DNA from: an archaeon
GTDB taxonomy: Archaea; Nanobdellota; Nanobdellia; Pacearchaeales; GW2011-AR1
Reading direction: 5' to 3'
Length of the DNA: 64,000 nt
Assembly: GCA_027343665.1 (NCBI GenBank)
Contig: DAHWKL010000001.1
Location: 46,770-110,769, forward strand
Below are positions 18,303 through 27,437 of the stretch, piece after piece (position 1 is the stretch's first letter; every line of letters begins with the position of its first letter). The notes below the pieces were generated by a model. The model searched no databases and was not told where the DNA came from. It saw nothing but the letters and a program-made list of their open reading frames with translations. The position numbers were made by a program, and so were the translations under genes.

Positions 18303-19589
18303 ATGATTGATATAAATCTTGTCCGTGAAAATCCGGAAAAAGTAAAAGAGAATATAAAGAAAAAATATCAGGATGATAAGATTCATCTTGTCGATGAAAT
18401 CCTGAAAATTGATGGTAAATGGAGGAAGCTAAAATTCGATGAGGATAATCTGCGTTCAGAAAGGAATAAAGTATCAAGAAGCATAGCGAATGAGTTAAAG
18501 TCAGGCCACAAAAAAGAAGCTGAAAAACTTAAGGAAAAGGCGAAAGAGATACCTTTTGAGATTGAAAAAATAGAAGTGAAAAGGAAAAAATTTGAGGATG
18601 AGATGCGCAATATACTTCTGAAAATCCCCAACATGATGCATGAGAGTGTGCCATTGGGAAAAGATGATAGTGATAATGTAGAATTAAAAAGATTCGGCGA
18701 TCCCAAAGTTCCTTCTTATGAAATAATGAATCATGCTGAACTTGCCGAAAAAATTGACAGCGTTGACTTTGATACAGCGAGAAAAGTCTCCGGGAATGGA
18801 TTTTATTATCTTAAAGGCAATTTATCAAGGCTTCATTCTGCATTAATATCTTTTGCCAAAGATTATATGGTCAAAAATGGATTTGAGTTTGTGATTCCAC
18901 CCTTCATGATAAGAAGCGAAGTCGTTGAGGGAGTGATGAGTTTTGCGGAGAAAGACGCCATGATGTATAAAGTTGAAGGCGAAGACCTTTATTTGATAGG
19001 AACTGCCGAGCATTCTTTAATAGCAATGTTTGCAGGGAAGACATTAAATGGAAAAGATTTGCCTTACAAAATTACAGGAGTTTCTCCATGCTTCAGGAAG
19101 GAAGTCGGGGCCCATGGAATTGAAGAAAAAGGTTTTTACAGAGTTCATCAATTTGAAAAACAAGAGATGATCGTCTTGTGTGATCCTGCAGATTCTTATG
19201 ATTGGTATAATAAAATGCTTGAACTGTCCGTCGGAGTCTTCAAAGAAATCGGAATCCCAGTAAGAATACTTGAATGCTGTAGCGGAGATTTGGCCGATCT
19301 TAAAGCGAAATCTGCAGATGTTGAAGCGTGGAGTCCAAGACAGAAAAAATATTTTGAAGTGGGTAGTTGCTCAAACTTAACTGATGCACAGGCACGCCGC
19401 CTTAATATTCGTGCTGAAAAAGGTGGAAAAACATATTTCGTACACACCTTAAATAATACGGTCATTGCATCTCCTCGTGCACTTATTGCAATAATGGAAA
19501 ACTTCCAGAATGCTGATGGATCAATAACAATCCCAACAGTCTTGCAGCCTTACATGAGCGGAATGAAAAAGATTGAGGCAGGAAAATAA
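18303..19589 (+). CDS. serS: Seryl-tRNA synthetase
   Basis: 428 aa. An N-terminal coiled-coil arm is followed by a class II core (SPCFRKEVGAHG motif 2, GSCSNLTDAQARRL, TLNNTVIASPR). Confidence 0.95.
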   Translation: MIDINLVRENPEKVKENIKKKYQDDKIHLVDEILKIDGKWRKLKFDEDNLRSERNKVSRSIANELKSGHKKEAEKLKEKAKEIPFEIEKIEVKRKKFEDEMRNILLKIPNMMHESVPLGKDDSDNVELKRFGDPKVPSYEIMNHAELAEKIDSVDFDTARKVSGNGFYYLKGNLSRLHSALISFAKDYMVKNGFEFVIPPFMIRSEVVEGVMSFAEKDAMMYKVEGEDLYLIGTAEHSLIAMFAGKTLNGKDLPYKITGVSPCFRKEVGAHGIEEKGFYRVHQFEKQEMIVLCDPADSYDWYNKMLELSVGVFKEIGIPVRILECCSGDLADLKAKSADVEAWSPRQKKYFEVGSCSNLTDAQARRLNIRAEKGGKTYFVHTLNNTVIASPRALIAIMENFQNADGSITIPTVLQPYMSGMKKIEAGK

Positions 19590-19605
19590 TTATAATAAAA
19601 TGGAG

Positions 19606-19636
19606 AGGGGTGAAAACATGATAAGTTTTCGCCCCT
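19606..19636 (+). terminator. Strong hairpin directly 3' of serS
   Basis: AGGGGTGAAAAC-atgataa-GTTTTCGCCCCT forms a 12-bp stem (one G-U) with a 7-nt loop. It starts 17 nt after the serS stop. Confidence 0.5.
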
Positions 19637-19753
19637 GATGTCCAACCGAAATTGAACATTTTATCAAGGCTTCTGAAGTTTAATTATTTTTCCTTTTGTC
19701 TGCTTATTATGTAGTACAATAAAATTTATAATTATCTTTAATTTGATGGGTTT

Positions 19754-20254
19754 ATGGGAATTATTAACGGAATATCTCCGAGCAGAATTGAAAAAATAAT
19801 TTCTGATTTTGAAATTGAGGAAGAGGGTTGGACAGTACCTGAAGCACTTGAACTATGTCAGAACTCAAAAGGGTATCTCAACTTGAACAGCCCTGTTTCA
19901 TCACAGATTAATCTGAAAGATAATATGACTATGTACATAAAAAGAACTGGTATCGGAAAAGATGATTTTTCTGTTAGAGTAAATGATGTTGAGAATTATA
20001 AATGGAAAATAAATGCAATGGATGAAGACACTTTTGAAAATGTAAGAGAAAATCCGGCTTATGCAATATTGGAGTATAATTTAGAGAACTCAACGGAAAG
20101 CCAAAACCAAGTGTACAAGAAGGAAAATGAGCCAAAGACAGCTTCAAAAAAGAAAAAAAAATTTTCATTTTTGGAATCTTTGAAAACTGGCTCAAAATTA
20201 AAAGATGAAATTAAAAAAATTGAATCGGAAATAAATAATGAAAATCATCCATAA
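19754..20254 (+). CDS. Hypothetical protein with Lys-rich C-terminus
   Basis: 166-aa ORF with no recognisable family. Confidence 0.45.
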   Translation: MGIINGISPSRIEKIISDFEIEEEGWTVPEALELCQNSKGYLNLNSPVSSQINLKDNMTMYIKRTGIGKDDFSVRVNDVENYKWKINAMDEDTFENVRENPAYAILEYNLENSTESQNQVYKKENEPKTASKKKKKFSFLESLKTGSKLKDEIKKIESEINNENHP

Positions 20255-20297
20255 CACTTATAAACAGACATTTGTTATTTAGTCTAAGAGGTGAAAA

Positions 20298-22679
20298 ATG
20301 GCTGACAGAAAAAAAGTTTTTATTCTTAAATTTGATGAAGTGACGATAAAAGATGTTCCACTCGTCGGCGGTAAAAATGCTTCCCTTGGAGAGATGTATC
20401 AGGATCTTACAAGTAAAGGTGTAAGAATTCCAAATGGATTTGCAGTCACAGCATATGCTTACAGGTATTTCCTTGAAAAGACTGGACTCAAAAAAAAGAT
20501 AAAAGAGATACTTTCCGATTTGAATACTAAGGACACAAGAAATCTTTCAGAACATGGAAAAAAAGTTCGTGAAGCAATATTAAAAGCTGACCTTCCACTT
20601 GAAATAGAAAAAGAGATAATAACACATTATAAGGAACTTTCAAAAGAATATGAGGCAGATTATACTGATGTTGCTGTACGTTCATCAGCAACAGCGGAGG
20701 ATCTTCCAGATGCTTCGTTTGCTGGTCAGCAGGACACTTATTTAAATATTAAAGGTGAAAAAGATCTTCTTGAAGCATGCAAGAAATGCATAGCATCACT
20801 TTTCACGGATAGGGCAATTTCTTACAGGGAAGACAAGCATTTTGACCATTTCAGTATTGCATTATCAATAGGTATCCAAAAAATGGTAAGAAGCGACCTT
20901 GGAGCTTCGGGGGTTATGTTTTCACTTGATACCGAGTCGGGATTCAAGGATGTCGCTTATGTTACGTCAATTTATGGTCTTGGTGAAAATATTGTCCAGG
21001 GGGCTGTTAACCCTGATGAGTTTTATGTTCATAAACCGACGCTCAAGAAAGGCTTCAGATCAATCGTGTCAAGGAAAGTTGGGGATAAAAAAGTGAAAAT
21101 GATCTATTCTGGTAGCAGAGAAGATCCCGTGAAAAATGTTCCTGTGAAGCCTGAAGATAGATTAAATTTTTCTATAAATGACGATGAAGTTTTGCAACTC
21201 GCCAAATGGGCAGTACAAATAGAGGATCATTATCATAAACCCATGGATATGGAGTGGGCAAAGGATGGGAAACTCAATAAACTCTTCATTGTCCAGGCAA
21301 GACCAGAAACTGTACAAAGCCAGAAAGACCTGACAAAACTTGAGGAATATAAGCTTCTAGAGAAAGGGAAAGTATTGATTGAAGGAAACAGCGTTGGTTC
21401 TAGGATAGGAAGCGGGAAAGCAAATGTGATAAGAGAAGTTTCAGGGATAGGAAGGTTCAGGAAAGGTGAAATCCTTGTGACAGATATGACAACTCCTGAT
21501 TGGGAGCCTATAATGAAAATAGCTTCGGCAATTATTACAAATAAGGGTGGAAGGACATGTCATGCAGCAATAATCTCAAGAGAACTTGGAATCCCCTGCG
21601 TTGTCGGAACAAATAATTCGACAGAGAAACTGAAGACTGGAAAAGATATAACTGTTGATTGTTCTCAGGGAGAGAAGGGATATGTTTATGAAGGAATATT
21701 GAAATTCAGGGTGGAGGACCATGACCTGAAAAAACTCCCCAAGCTTAAGACCAAGATAATGATGAATATAGGTACGCCCGAGCAAGCCTTCGAGCAAAGT
21801 TTCATCCCTAATGATGGTGTGGGCCTCGCAAGAGAAGAATTCATAATAAATTCAGCAATAAAAATACACCCAAATGCACTCATAAATTACTCAAAGATAA
21901 AAGATCCCAAAGTCAAAAAGCAGATTGATGAATTGACGCATGGCTATAAAGATAAAAAACAATATTTTGTGGACAAACTGGCTGAGGGGATAGGGACAAT
22001 AGCTGCCGCATTTTATCCTAAAGATGTGATTGTGAGAACTTCCGATTTCAAAACGAATGAATATGCAAATTTGATTGGAGGAACAGAATACGAACCAAAA
22101 GAAGATAATCCTATGATAGGATGGAGAGGAGCTTCAAGATATTATAAGGAAGGGTACAAAGAAGGTTTCGTTCTTGAATGCAAAGCTTTTGTCAAAGTGC
22201 GTGAAGTGTTCGGCCTGAAAAATGTCAAGATAATGATTCCTTTTTGCAGAACAATAGATGAAGGAAAGAAAGTTCTAAAAATAATGGAAGAAAATGGCCT
22301 TAAAAGAGGAAAAGACGGGCTTGAGGTGTATGTGATGTGCGAGATTCCTGCTAATGTGATACTCGCTGATGAATTCTCTAAGATATTCGACGGCTTCTCC
22401 ATAGGATCAAATGATTTAACGCAGTTGACTCTTGGTGTTGACAGGGACTCTGAGATAGTCTCAGATGTTTATGATGAAAGGAACGCAGCTGTCAAGAATT
22501 TCATAACTGAAGTCATAAAGAAAGCAAAAAAGAACAAGAGACACATTGGGATATGCGGTCAGGCACCATCGGACTTCCCAGACTTTGCGGAGTTTTTAGT
22601 TAAACAGAACATAGATTCGATTTCTTTGAATCCAGATACAGTTCTTAAAACAATGGTAGCGATTTCTAAGAAGAGATAA
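20298..22679 (+). CDS. ppsA: Phosphoenolpyruvate synthase (pyruvate, water dikinase)
   Basis: 793 aa. It has the VGGKNASLGEM ATP-grasp N-terminus, the GGRTCHAAIISRELGIPCVVG phosphohistidine domain and a PEP-utilising C-terminus (GSNDLTQ). An AGAGGTGA Shine-Dalgarno-like sequence lies upstream. Confidence 0.95.
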   Translation: MADRKKVFILKFDEVTIKDVPLVGGKNASLGEMYQDLTSKGVRIPNGFAVTAYAYRYFLEKTGLKKKIKEILSDLNTKDTRNLSEHGKKVREAILKADLPLEIEKEIITHYKELSKEYEADYTDVAVRSSATAEDLPDASFAGQQDTYLNIKGEKDLLEACKKCIASLFTDRAISYREDKHFDHFSIALSIGIQKMVRSDLGASGVMFSLDTESGFKDVAYVTSIYGLGENIVQGAVNPDEFYVHKPTLKKGFRSIVSRKVGDKKVKMIYSGSREDPVKNVPVKPEDRLNFSINDDEVLQLAKWAVQIEDHYHKPMDMEWAKDGKLNKLFIVQARPETVQSQKDLTKLEEYKLLEKGKVLIEGNSVGSRIGSGKANVIREVSGIGRFRKGEILVTDMTTPDWEPIMKIASAIITNKGGRTCHAAIISRELGIPCVVGTNNSTEKLKTGKDITVDCSQGEKGYVYEGILKFRVEDHDLKKLPKLKTKIMMNIGTPEQAFEQSFIPNDGVGLAREEFIINSAIKIHPNALINYSKIKDPKVKKQIDELTHGYKDKKQYFVDKLAEGIGTIAAAFYPKDVIVRTSDFKTNEYANLIGGTEYEPKEDNPMIGWRGASRYYKEGYKEGFVLECKAFVKVREVFGLKNVKIMIPFCRTIDEGKKVLKIMEENGLKRGKDGLEVYVMCEIPANVILADEFSKIFDGFSIGSNDLTQLTLGVDRDSEIVSDVYDERNAAVKNFITEVIKKAKKNKRHIGICGQAPSDFPDFAEFLVKQNIDSISLNPDTVLKTMVAISKKR

Positions 22680-22710
22680 TTTTATCGCAAAGAAAGATTC
22701 CTAATCGGGG

Positions 22711-23037
22711 TCACTCATTGAAAATTTTATAGGATTCTATCGCATTCCAGTCGTATTCTGAGGCGTTATAATCAACTCCACTTTTCCACACCCTGTTAAG
22801 ATCATTGTTTTGGTATAGAACAAATCTCTTTCTGACGTTGCCCAATTCACTCTCATTGACTTTTTCCAGATATCTCCCAGCACTTTCTATATGCAAATCC
22901 GTATTGTCCCTGTCTTCAGGATTTTCTAAGAATAGATATTTATTTCCCTCTATGCATCTAGTCCCCACCTTGAGGACAAGACTTACTATAGACTTGTCTT
23001 TCAATCCTGCAGCTTTCATATCTTCAAGTGTTATCAT
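22711..23037 (-). CDS. Hypothetical protein
   Basis: I chose the start at MITLEDMK (23037). A TTATAAAT TATA-like box lies about 25 nt upstream on the minus strand. The longer track ORF (to 23280) overlaps the divergent cyclophilin gene. Confidence 0.45.
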   Translation of the reverse strand: MITLEDMKAAGLKDKSIVSLVLKVGTRCIEGNKYLFLENPEDRDNTDLHIESAGRYLEKVNESELGNVRKRFVLYQNNDLNRVWKSGVDYNASEYDWNAIESYKIFNE

Positions 23038-23131
23038 AGTTGAATTTTGTATAATTGATTTATAAGGATTATTGCATACAATTATATCACAATCCATAAC
23101 ATTTTTAAAAAAATATTTCTTTAATAAGAAG

Positions 23132-23731
23132 ATGAATATAAAGAAGTCCACGCTCAGGAGATCTGGAATGATCTTGGGAATAATTATCGTTATTGTTGTT
23201 GTCACCATGATCTTCTCATCGCTATCTGGAAGCGGGACGAAGAACGAGGTTCTTATACAGACAAACATGGGAAATATCACCGTGCAGCTTTATCCTTCAA
23301 AAGCACCGATAACAGTTCAGAATTTCGAGAATTACGTTAAGGCAGGTTTTTACAATGGAACGGTTTTCCATAGAGTCATGAAAGGTTTTGTCATACAAGG
23401 AGGCGGATACACTATTAACGGAACATTAAAACAGACGAATCCTCCGATAAAACTTGAATCGGATAATGGCCTCTCAAATATTAAGTATACAATTGCAATG
23501 GCAAGAACAAATGACCCCAATTCAGCCACATCACAATTTTTCATAAACACTGCCGATAATACTTACCTGGACTACAGCACATCCAATCCCGGATATGCTG
23601 TTTTCGGAAAAGTTGTTTCAGGCATGAATATTGTAGATGAGATAGAGAATATTCCCGTGACAACAAAATATGGAATGCAGAATTGGCCCGTGCAGAATGT
23701 TGTGATCGAGAAAATGAGTATGATAAACTGA
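23132..23731 (+). CDS. Cyclophilin-type peptidyl-prolyl isomerase with N-terminal membrane anchor/signal
   Basis: I chose the start at MNIKKST (23132), with a TATA-like TTTTTAAAAAAATA about 25 nt upstream. A TM segment GMILGIIIVIVVVTMIF is followed by FHRVMKGFVIQGGG and SQFFINT. Confidence 0.85.
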   Translation: MNIKKSTLRRSGMILGIIIVIVVVTMIFSSLSGSGTKNEVLIQTNMGNITVQLYPSKAPITVQNFENYVKAGFYNGTVFHRVMKGFVIQGGGYTINGTLKQTNPPIKLESDNGLSNIKYTIAMARTNDPNSATSQFFINTADNTYLDYSTSNPGYAVFGKVVSGMNIVDEIENIPVTTKYGMQNWPVQNVVIEKMSMIN

Positions 23732-23771
23732 TAACCACAATCTTTAAAACTAAAATTTCTTTCCAAAAAGT

Positions 23772-24233
23772 ATGACTAAGGTGAAACTTTCAACTAATTA
23801 CGGGGAGATTATCTTGAATCTTTATGATGATATGCCCGTCACTTCGGGAAATTTCATAAATCTTGTGAAAAGAGGAGTCTATAACGGGGTAATATTCCAC
23901 AGGATAATAGACGGATTTATGATACAGGGAGGAGACCCAACAGGAACGGGTTATGGAGATCCGAGAATCCCTGAAATCCAAGATGAATTTACTCATGCTT
24001 CAGGAAACAAGAACAATCGTGGGACAATATCCATGGCAAATGCAGGACCAAATACGGGCTCTTCACAGTTTTTCATAAACTTAGTTGACAATAATTTCCT
24101 TGATACAAAACACCCAGTTTTCGGAAAGGTTGTGGAAGGGATGAGTGTCGTCGATAAAATCTCGAAAGTCACGACAGATGCCAATGATAAGCCGCTAAAA
24201 GAAGTGAAAATCATGAAGGCTGAATTGATTTGA
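23772..24233 (+). CDS. Cyclophilin-type peptidyl-prolyl isomerase, cytosolic
   Basis: 153 aa with FHRIIDGFMIQGGDPTGTG, GTISMANAGPNTGSSQFFI and HPVFGKV. Confidence 0.9.
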   Translation: MTKVKLSTNYGEIILNLYDDMPVTSGNFINLVKRGVYNGVIFHRIIDGFMIQGGDPTGTGYGDPRIPEIQDEFTHASGNKNNRGTISMANAGPNTGSSQFFINLVDNNFLDTKHPVFGKVVEGMSVVDKISKVTTDANDKPLKEVKIMKAELI

Positions 24234-24350
24234 TAGGGAACCGCTTCATGGTCGGTTCTCATAGACCTAATTTTTGGATTTATCGAGAAATTCTTTATTG
24301 ATCATCTCATCACGAAAATAATTAAAAAGAGTTTTTACCAATAAATCAAT

Positions 24351-25577
24351 ATGCTTACTGGGTACACTATTGGAAGATTTGACCCTAAAAAAGATTGGAG
24401 AGACGAGCTTAAGGAAAAAGTTCCGGGCGTGAAATGGGTCGATCCAAGAAACAATGAACAAAGTTCTATAAAAAGGTTAAATAATGATGATTTTGGTGAA
24501 AATGGAGTAAACGGATCATATTTTTCGTATGGGCACGTCGACAATGGAAAAGTTATCGGAACAACTTCATATGCAGAAGTAGGGGATGCCTGGGCTCTCG
24601 GAAAACCCTTGATAATCGCCGATGAAAATTCCCACGCTGACCCTTTACTCGAGGAAATTTTTTCTTATCTTTTCCCATCAGACGAAGAAGCGGCAAAATA
24701 TCTGAGAAAAAATGCAGATCATTTAAAAGCAATGGATCATAGACCCATTAGAAAAAAAGGGTCCATTTCATCTTTTGATAATATCTTATTCGCAGGGGAC
24801 CTTGAAGGAGCAAAGAACACTATCGAAAGATTATCCCACCGTCATGGAGTTTTTGAAGCTCAAAATATCTCTGAAGCGAAAAAACTCATACCAAAAACAG
24901 ACCTTGTTGTCATCAATTTTGAAAAAGGATATAATCCTGTCGGCGTTTCTTATCTTGGCATTGCATACGGAATGGGAATCAATTCAATTTCACTTGACGG
25001 CAACAAGATACTCTATCCGCCGCTTACAGGCCTTGCAAAGATAGTTTTTATGGGGGATAACAGGGGGGAAAATTTCATGGATTTCATCCAAAACCCAAGA
25101 ATTTGTTCCAGATATCAATTATCATCGCAAATTGAATCTGCAAAAGCTCACGCAAGATCAGCAGGACTTGAATCGGACGATAAAACTAAAAAAAACATAG
25201 AGTATAATAGTATTTATTTCAGCGGAAGTTCATGGGAACTTATGGAACTCAAAGAAAATATGAAAGGCAAAAAAGAGATCCATGAAAACTTTTCATCGCA
25301 AACAGACCTTGCTGTCATCGAGATTTCCAATGACATTCAAAAAAATCAAAAGTCTTTTTGGGATATCGCTTATGCATATGAAATGAGGACACCTGTCCTG
25401 CTTTTGCATGAAGGAGACATTGCTCACAGAGAGTTGATTGAACTCTCAAGAAGGCCTTTGTTCGGCGAAGCAAGGTATCAACAGGCAAGAGAATACCTAG
25501 AAAATCTCAAATCACAAATAATAGAAGATGAAGCCAAAGTCTATTATAACCTGATGAACAAGTTTAATTCGGTGTAA
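24351..25577 (+). CDS. Protein with three tandem Rossmann-like repeats resembling nucleoside 2-deoxyribosyltransferase-like (NDT/YtoQ-type) domains
   Basis: 408 aa. The internal triplication is visible in TSYAEVGDAWALGKPLIIA, GVSYLGIAYGMGINSISL and KSFWDIAYAYEMRTPVLLL. Repeats 2 and 3 are each preceded by (I/L)xF(A/S)G. Confidence 0.45.
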   Translation: MLTGYTIGRFDPKKDWRDELKEKVPGVKWVDPRNNEQSSIKRLNNDDFGENGVNGSYFSYGHVDNGKVIGTTSYAEVGDAWALGKPLIIADENSHADPLLEEIFSYLFPSDEEAAKYLRKNADHLKAMDHRPIRKKGSISSFDNILFAGDLEGAKNTIERLSHRHGVFEAQNISEAKKLIPKTDLVVINFEKGYNPVGVSYLGIAYGMGINSISLDGNKILYPPLTGLAKIVFMGDNRGENFMDFIQNPRICSRYQLSSQIESAKAHARSAGLESDDKTKKNIEYNSIYFSGSSWELMELKENMKGKKEIHENFSSQTDLAVIEISNDIQKNQKSFWDIAYAYEMRTPVLLLHEGDIAHRELIELSRRPLFGEARYQQAREYLENLKSQIIEDEAKVYYNLMNKFNSV

Positions 25578-25614
25578 TCAAAACATTTAAATAAGAAATT
25601 ATTTTTTATGAAGG

Positions 25615-25911
25615 ATGGAAAAAGATATCGGGAAAATCCAGAAGAATGATCAGTCTGATATTGTCATAAGGGTAGATGATTTTGGAGGAAGAAAGGGTCT
25701 TACAATAAGAGAATACGTAACATCTGAAAGATATACCGGATTTACTAAAGCAGGCGTGAGAATTCTTTCTAAGGATTTTCCTAAATTCAAAGAAATGATT
25801 AATTCTGTTTCTGATGAGGATATGGCTGAAGCAGAAGGTTCAGAAGAACCTGAAAAAAAGCCAGTAAGAAAATCTTCTTCGAAAACACAGGAAGAATTAC
25901 CTGATTATTAA
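25615..25911 (+). CDS. PC4/Sub1-like ssDNA-binding domain protein with acidic/Lys-rich tail
   Basis: 98 aa. IVIRVDDFGGRKGLTIREYV...TKAGVRILSKDFPKFKEMINSV aligns with the PC4 core VSVRDFKGKVLIDIREYW...GRKGISLNPEQWSQLKEQI. Confidence 0.65.
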   Translation: MEKDIGKIQKNDQSDIVIRVDDFGGRKGLTIREYVTSERYTGFTKAGVRILSKDFPKFKEMINSVSDEDMAEAEGSEEPEKKPVRKSSSKTQEELPDY

Positions 25912-25953
25912 ATTCAGTCTAAGTATACAAATCTTTAAATTTCGTTTTCTTTA

Positions 25954-26337
25954 ATGATTTGGATGGACAAAGAAACTCTTAATGCCTTAGACAGTCTTTT
26001 CTCAAATATAGAATCACAAAGAGAATTTTTGAAGGAACAATTTTACCCCCCCTACAAGAAAAGTCCTCTTGAATTTTCAGTTTACGAACTTGCAGATATG
26101 GCTGGAAATCATATCTTTGATGATCATCCAAAAAAGTTCGGGATAACAAAAAAACAGGCTCAACTTGTTAGGGAATATTTTCAGACAACAAATCCCTTGG
26201 AGAATGCCATAAACGAACTCTATGGGCTATTTCCGGATTTTCTCCATGGAGAACCGATTTTCAAGTTAAAATCACCCTCAACACTCAACAAATATATTCC
26301 TTGGTACGCTGAAGAAGAAATTGCCAGAGTTAATTGA
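25954..26337 (+). CDS. Hypothetical protein
   Basis: 127-aa ORF with no family call. Confidence 0.4.
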   Translation: MIWMDKETLNALDSLFSNIESQREFLKEQFYPPYKKSPLEFSVYELADMAGNHIFDDHPKKFGITKKQAQLVREYFQTTNPLENAINELYGLFPDFLHGEPIFKLKSPSTLNKYIPWYAEEEIARVN

Positions 26338-26956
26338 TTTTGTAAGAAACCATCCATGGAAGGGTGTTCATATGATCTATCATTCTCCTAAGTTTTTTCC
26401 CGCTGCAATTGACCAGATACACCAATTTTTCAGTCTCATTCTTCTTGTCCGATTCGATGGATATCATTTTGACATTATTAAAATTTTTAAGCAGCATATT
26501 GAACTTACTCATATCTTTGCTTTTCACTTCGAAGAATATCCTTTCCTGATAAGACCCTACCCCGTTTTTTTCAAAATAACTATCAATGAAAATGATTACC
26601 CAAACCAAAGCGTATAATGTTCCTGCTATGAAATAACTTCCAATACCAATAAGCATACCAAAGATTGAGAAAACCCATATACTTGCTGCGGTTGTGAACC
26701 CAAAAATTCTGTCTGAAGTCCTTATTAGCGCACCGGCACCCAAAAAACCAATACCTGTGACTATTGCCCCTATGATCGGGAGAGGATTTCCCTCCCCAAA
26801 GCTCATTCCTATTATTGCCAGACCGCATGAGCCCGTTGCAACGAAAGTGAAAGTTCCAAAACCCGTGGGTTTGTGGGCTCTTTGTCTTTGAAGGCCGAAG
26901 ATCATTGAAAATACAAAAGTAACCACCATTTGAATTAAGATAATTTCAGTTCCCAT
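26330..26956 (-). CDS. MgtC/SapB-family membrane protein
   Basis: 208 aa. It has GLQRQ...GFGTFTFVATGS...TGIGFLGAGALIR...TTAASIWV and a soluble C-terminal domain. Confidence 0.8.
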   Translation of the reverse strand: MGTEIILIQMVVTFVFSMIFGLQRQRAHKPTGFGTFTFVATGSCGLAIIGMSFGEGNPLPIIGAIVTGIGFLGAGALIRTSDRIFGFTTAASIWVFSIFGMLIGIGSYFIAGTLYALVWVIIFIDSYFEKNGVGSYQERIFFEVKSKDMSKFNMLLKNFNNVKMISIESDKKNETEKLVYLVNCSGKKLRRMIDHMNTLPWMVSYKIN

Positions 26957-27089
26957 GAAAAATCCAGAAAGAAGTTGTATTTAAATTTAAATAAGATTAT
27001 GAGAGTATAATAATTCTTAAAAAGGAGTTTGATAATTAAAGACAATGAGAAAAAACCTCGCCAGGCTGACTGATTAAGAATTCTAAGTA

Positions 27090-27434
27090 ATGATATCTAT
27101 GTTAAAATCATGGGTTCCAGAAGAGGACGGGGAAGGAACAAAAGTTCATTGTTTTATCTACAAAAGAAAGATGAAAAAAAGTGAATTCAATCCGGGAGAT
27201 GAAAAACTCTCCGGTCAATTGATTCTGGATGATTCTGTCAATTCGCCTGCAGTTTATTTGTCTGTAGAAAGTAAACTTATGCCTGCAGAAATCCATGGAC
27301 CTAAGTTAAGTTACGGAGAGATCACAATAAATGGAAATGGGATCTATTACCGTCCATATGGAAAGGATTCAGTTAATGTCACATCAGTAGAAGCAACAGC
27401 TTATCTTCAAAATCAAGGTTATGAATTTAAATGA
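27090..27434 (+). CDS. Hypothetical protein
   Basis: 114-aa ORF with no family call. Confidence 0.4.
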   Translation: MISMLKSWVPEEDGEGTKVHCFIYKRKMKKSEFNPGDEKLSGQLILDDSVNSPAVYLSVESKLMPAEIHGPKLSYGEITINGNGIYYRPYGKDSVNVTSVEATAYLQNQGYEFK

Positions 27435-27437
27435 ATT

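Noticed and set aside
19618-19638. C/D box sRNA (ATGATAA ... CTGA) after serS
   Set aside because: The C-like and D-like boxes are only 10 nt apart and there are no C'/D' boxes or guide regions. The sequence is better explained as the loop and 3' flank of the hairpin.
22711-23280. 189-aa version of the minus-strand ORF overlapping the cyclophilin start
   Set aside because: The N-terminal 81 residues are hydrophobic and low-complexity, and they are antisense to the cyclophilin promoter and 5' end. A TATA-like box is correctly spaced for the ATG at 23037.
27090-27434. Possibility that the plus-strand ORF downstream of the Dph2 fragment hides the remaining Dph2 domains
   Set aside because: Neither this ORF nor the minus-strand frames listed for 26957-27437 show the Dph2 domain 2/3 motifs, including the additional Cys ligands. 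The truncation therefore appears real at the sequence level.
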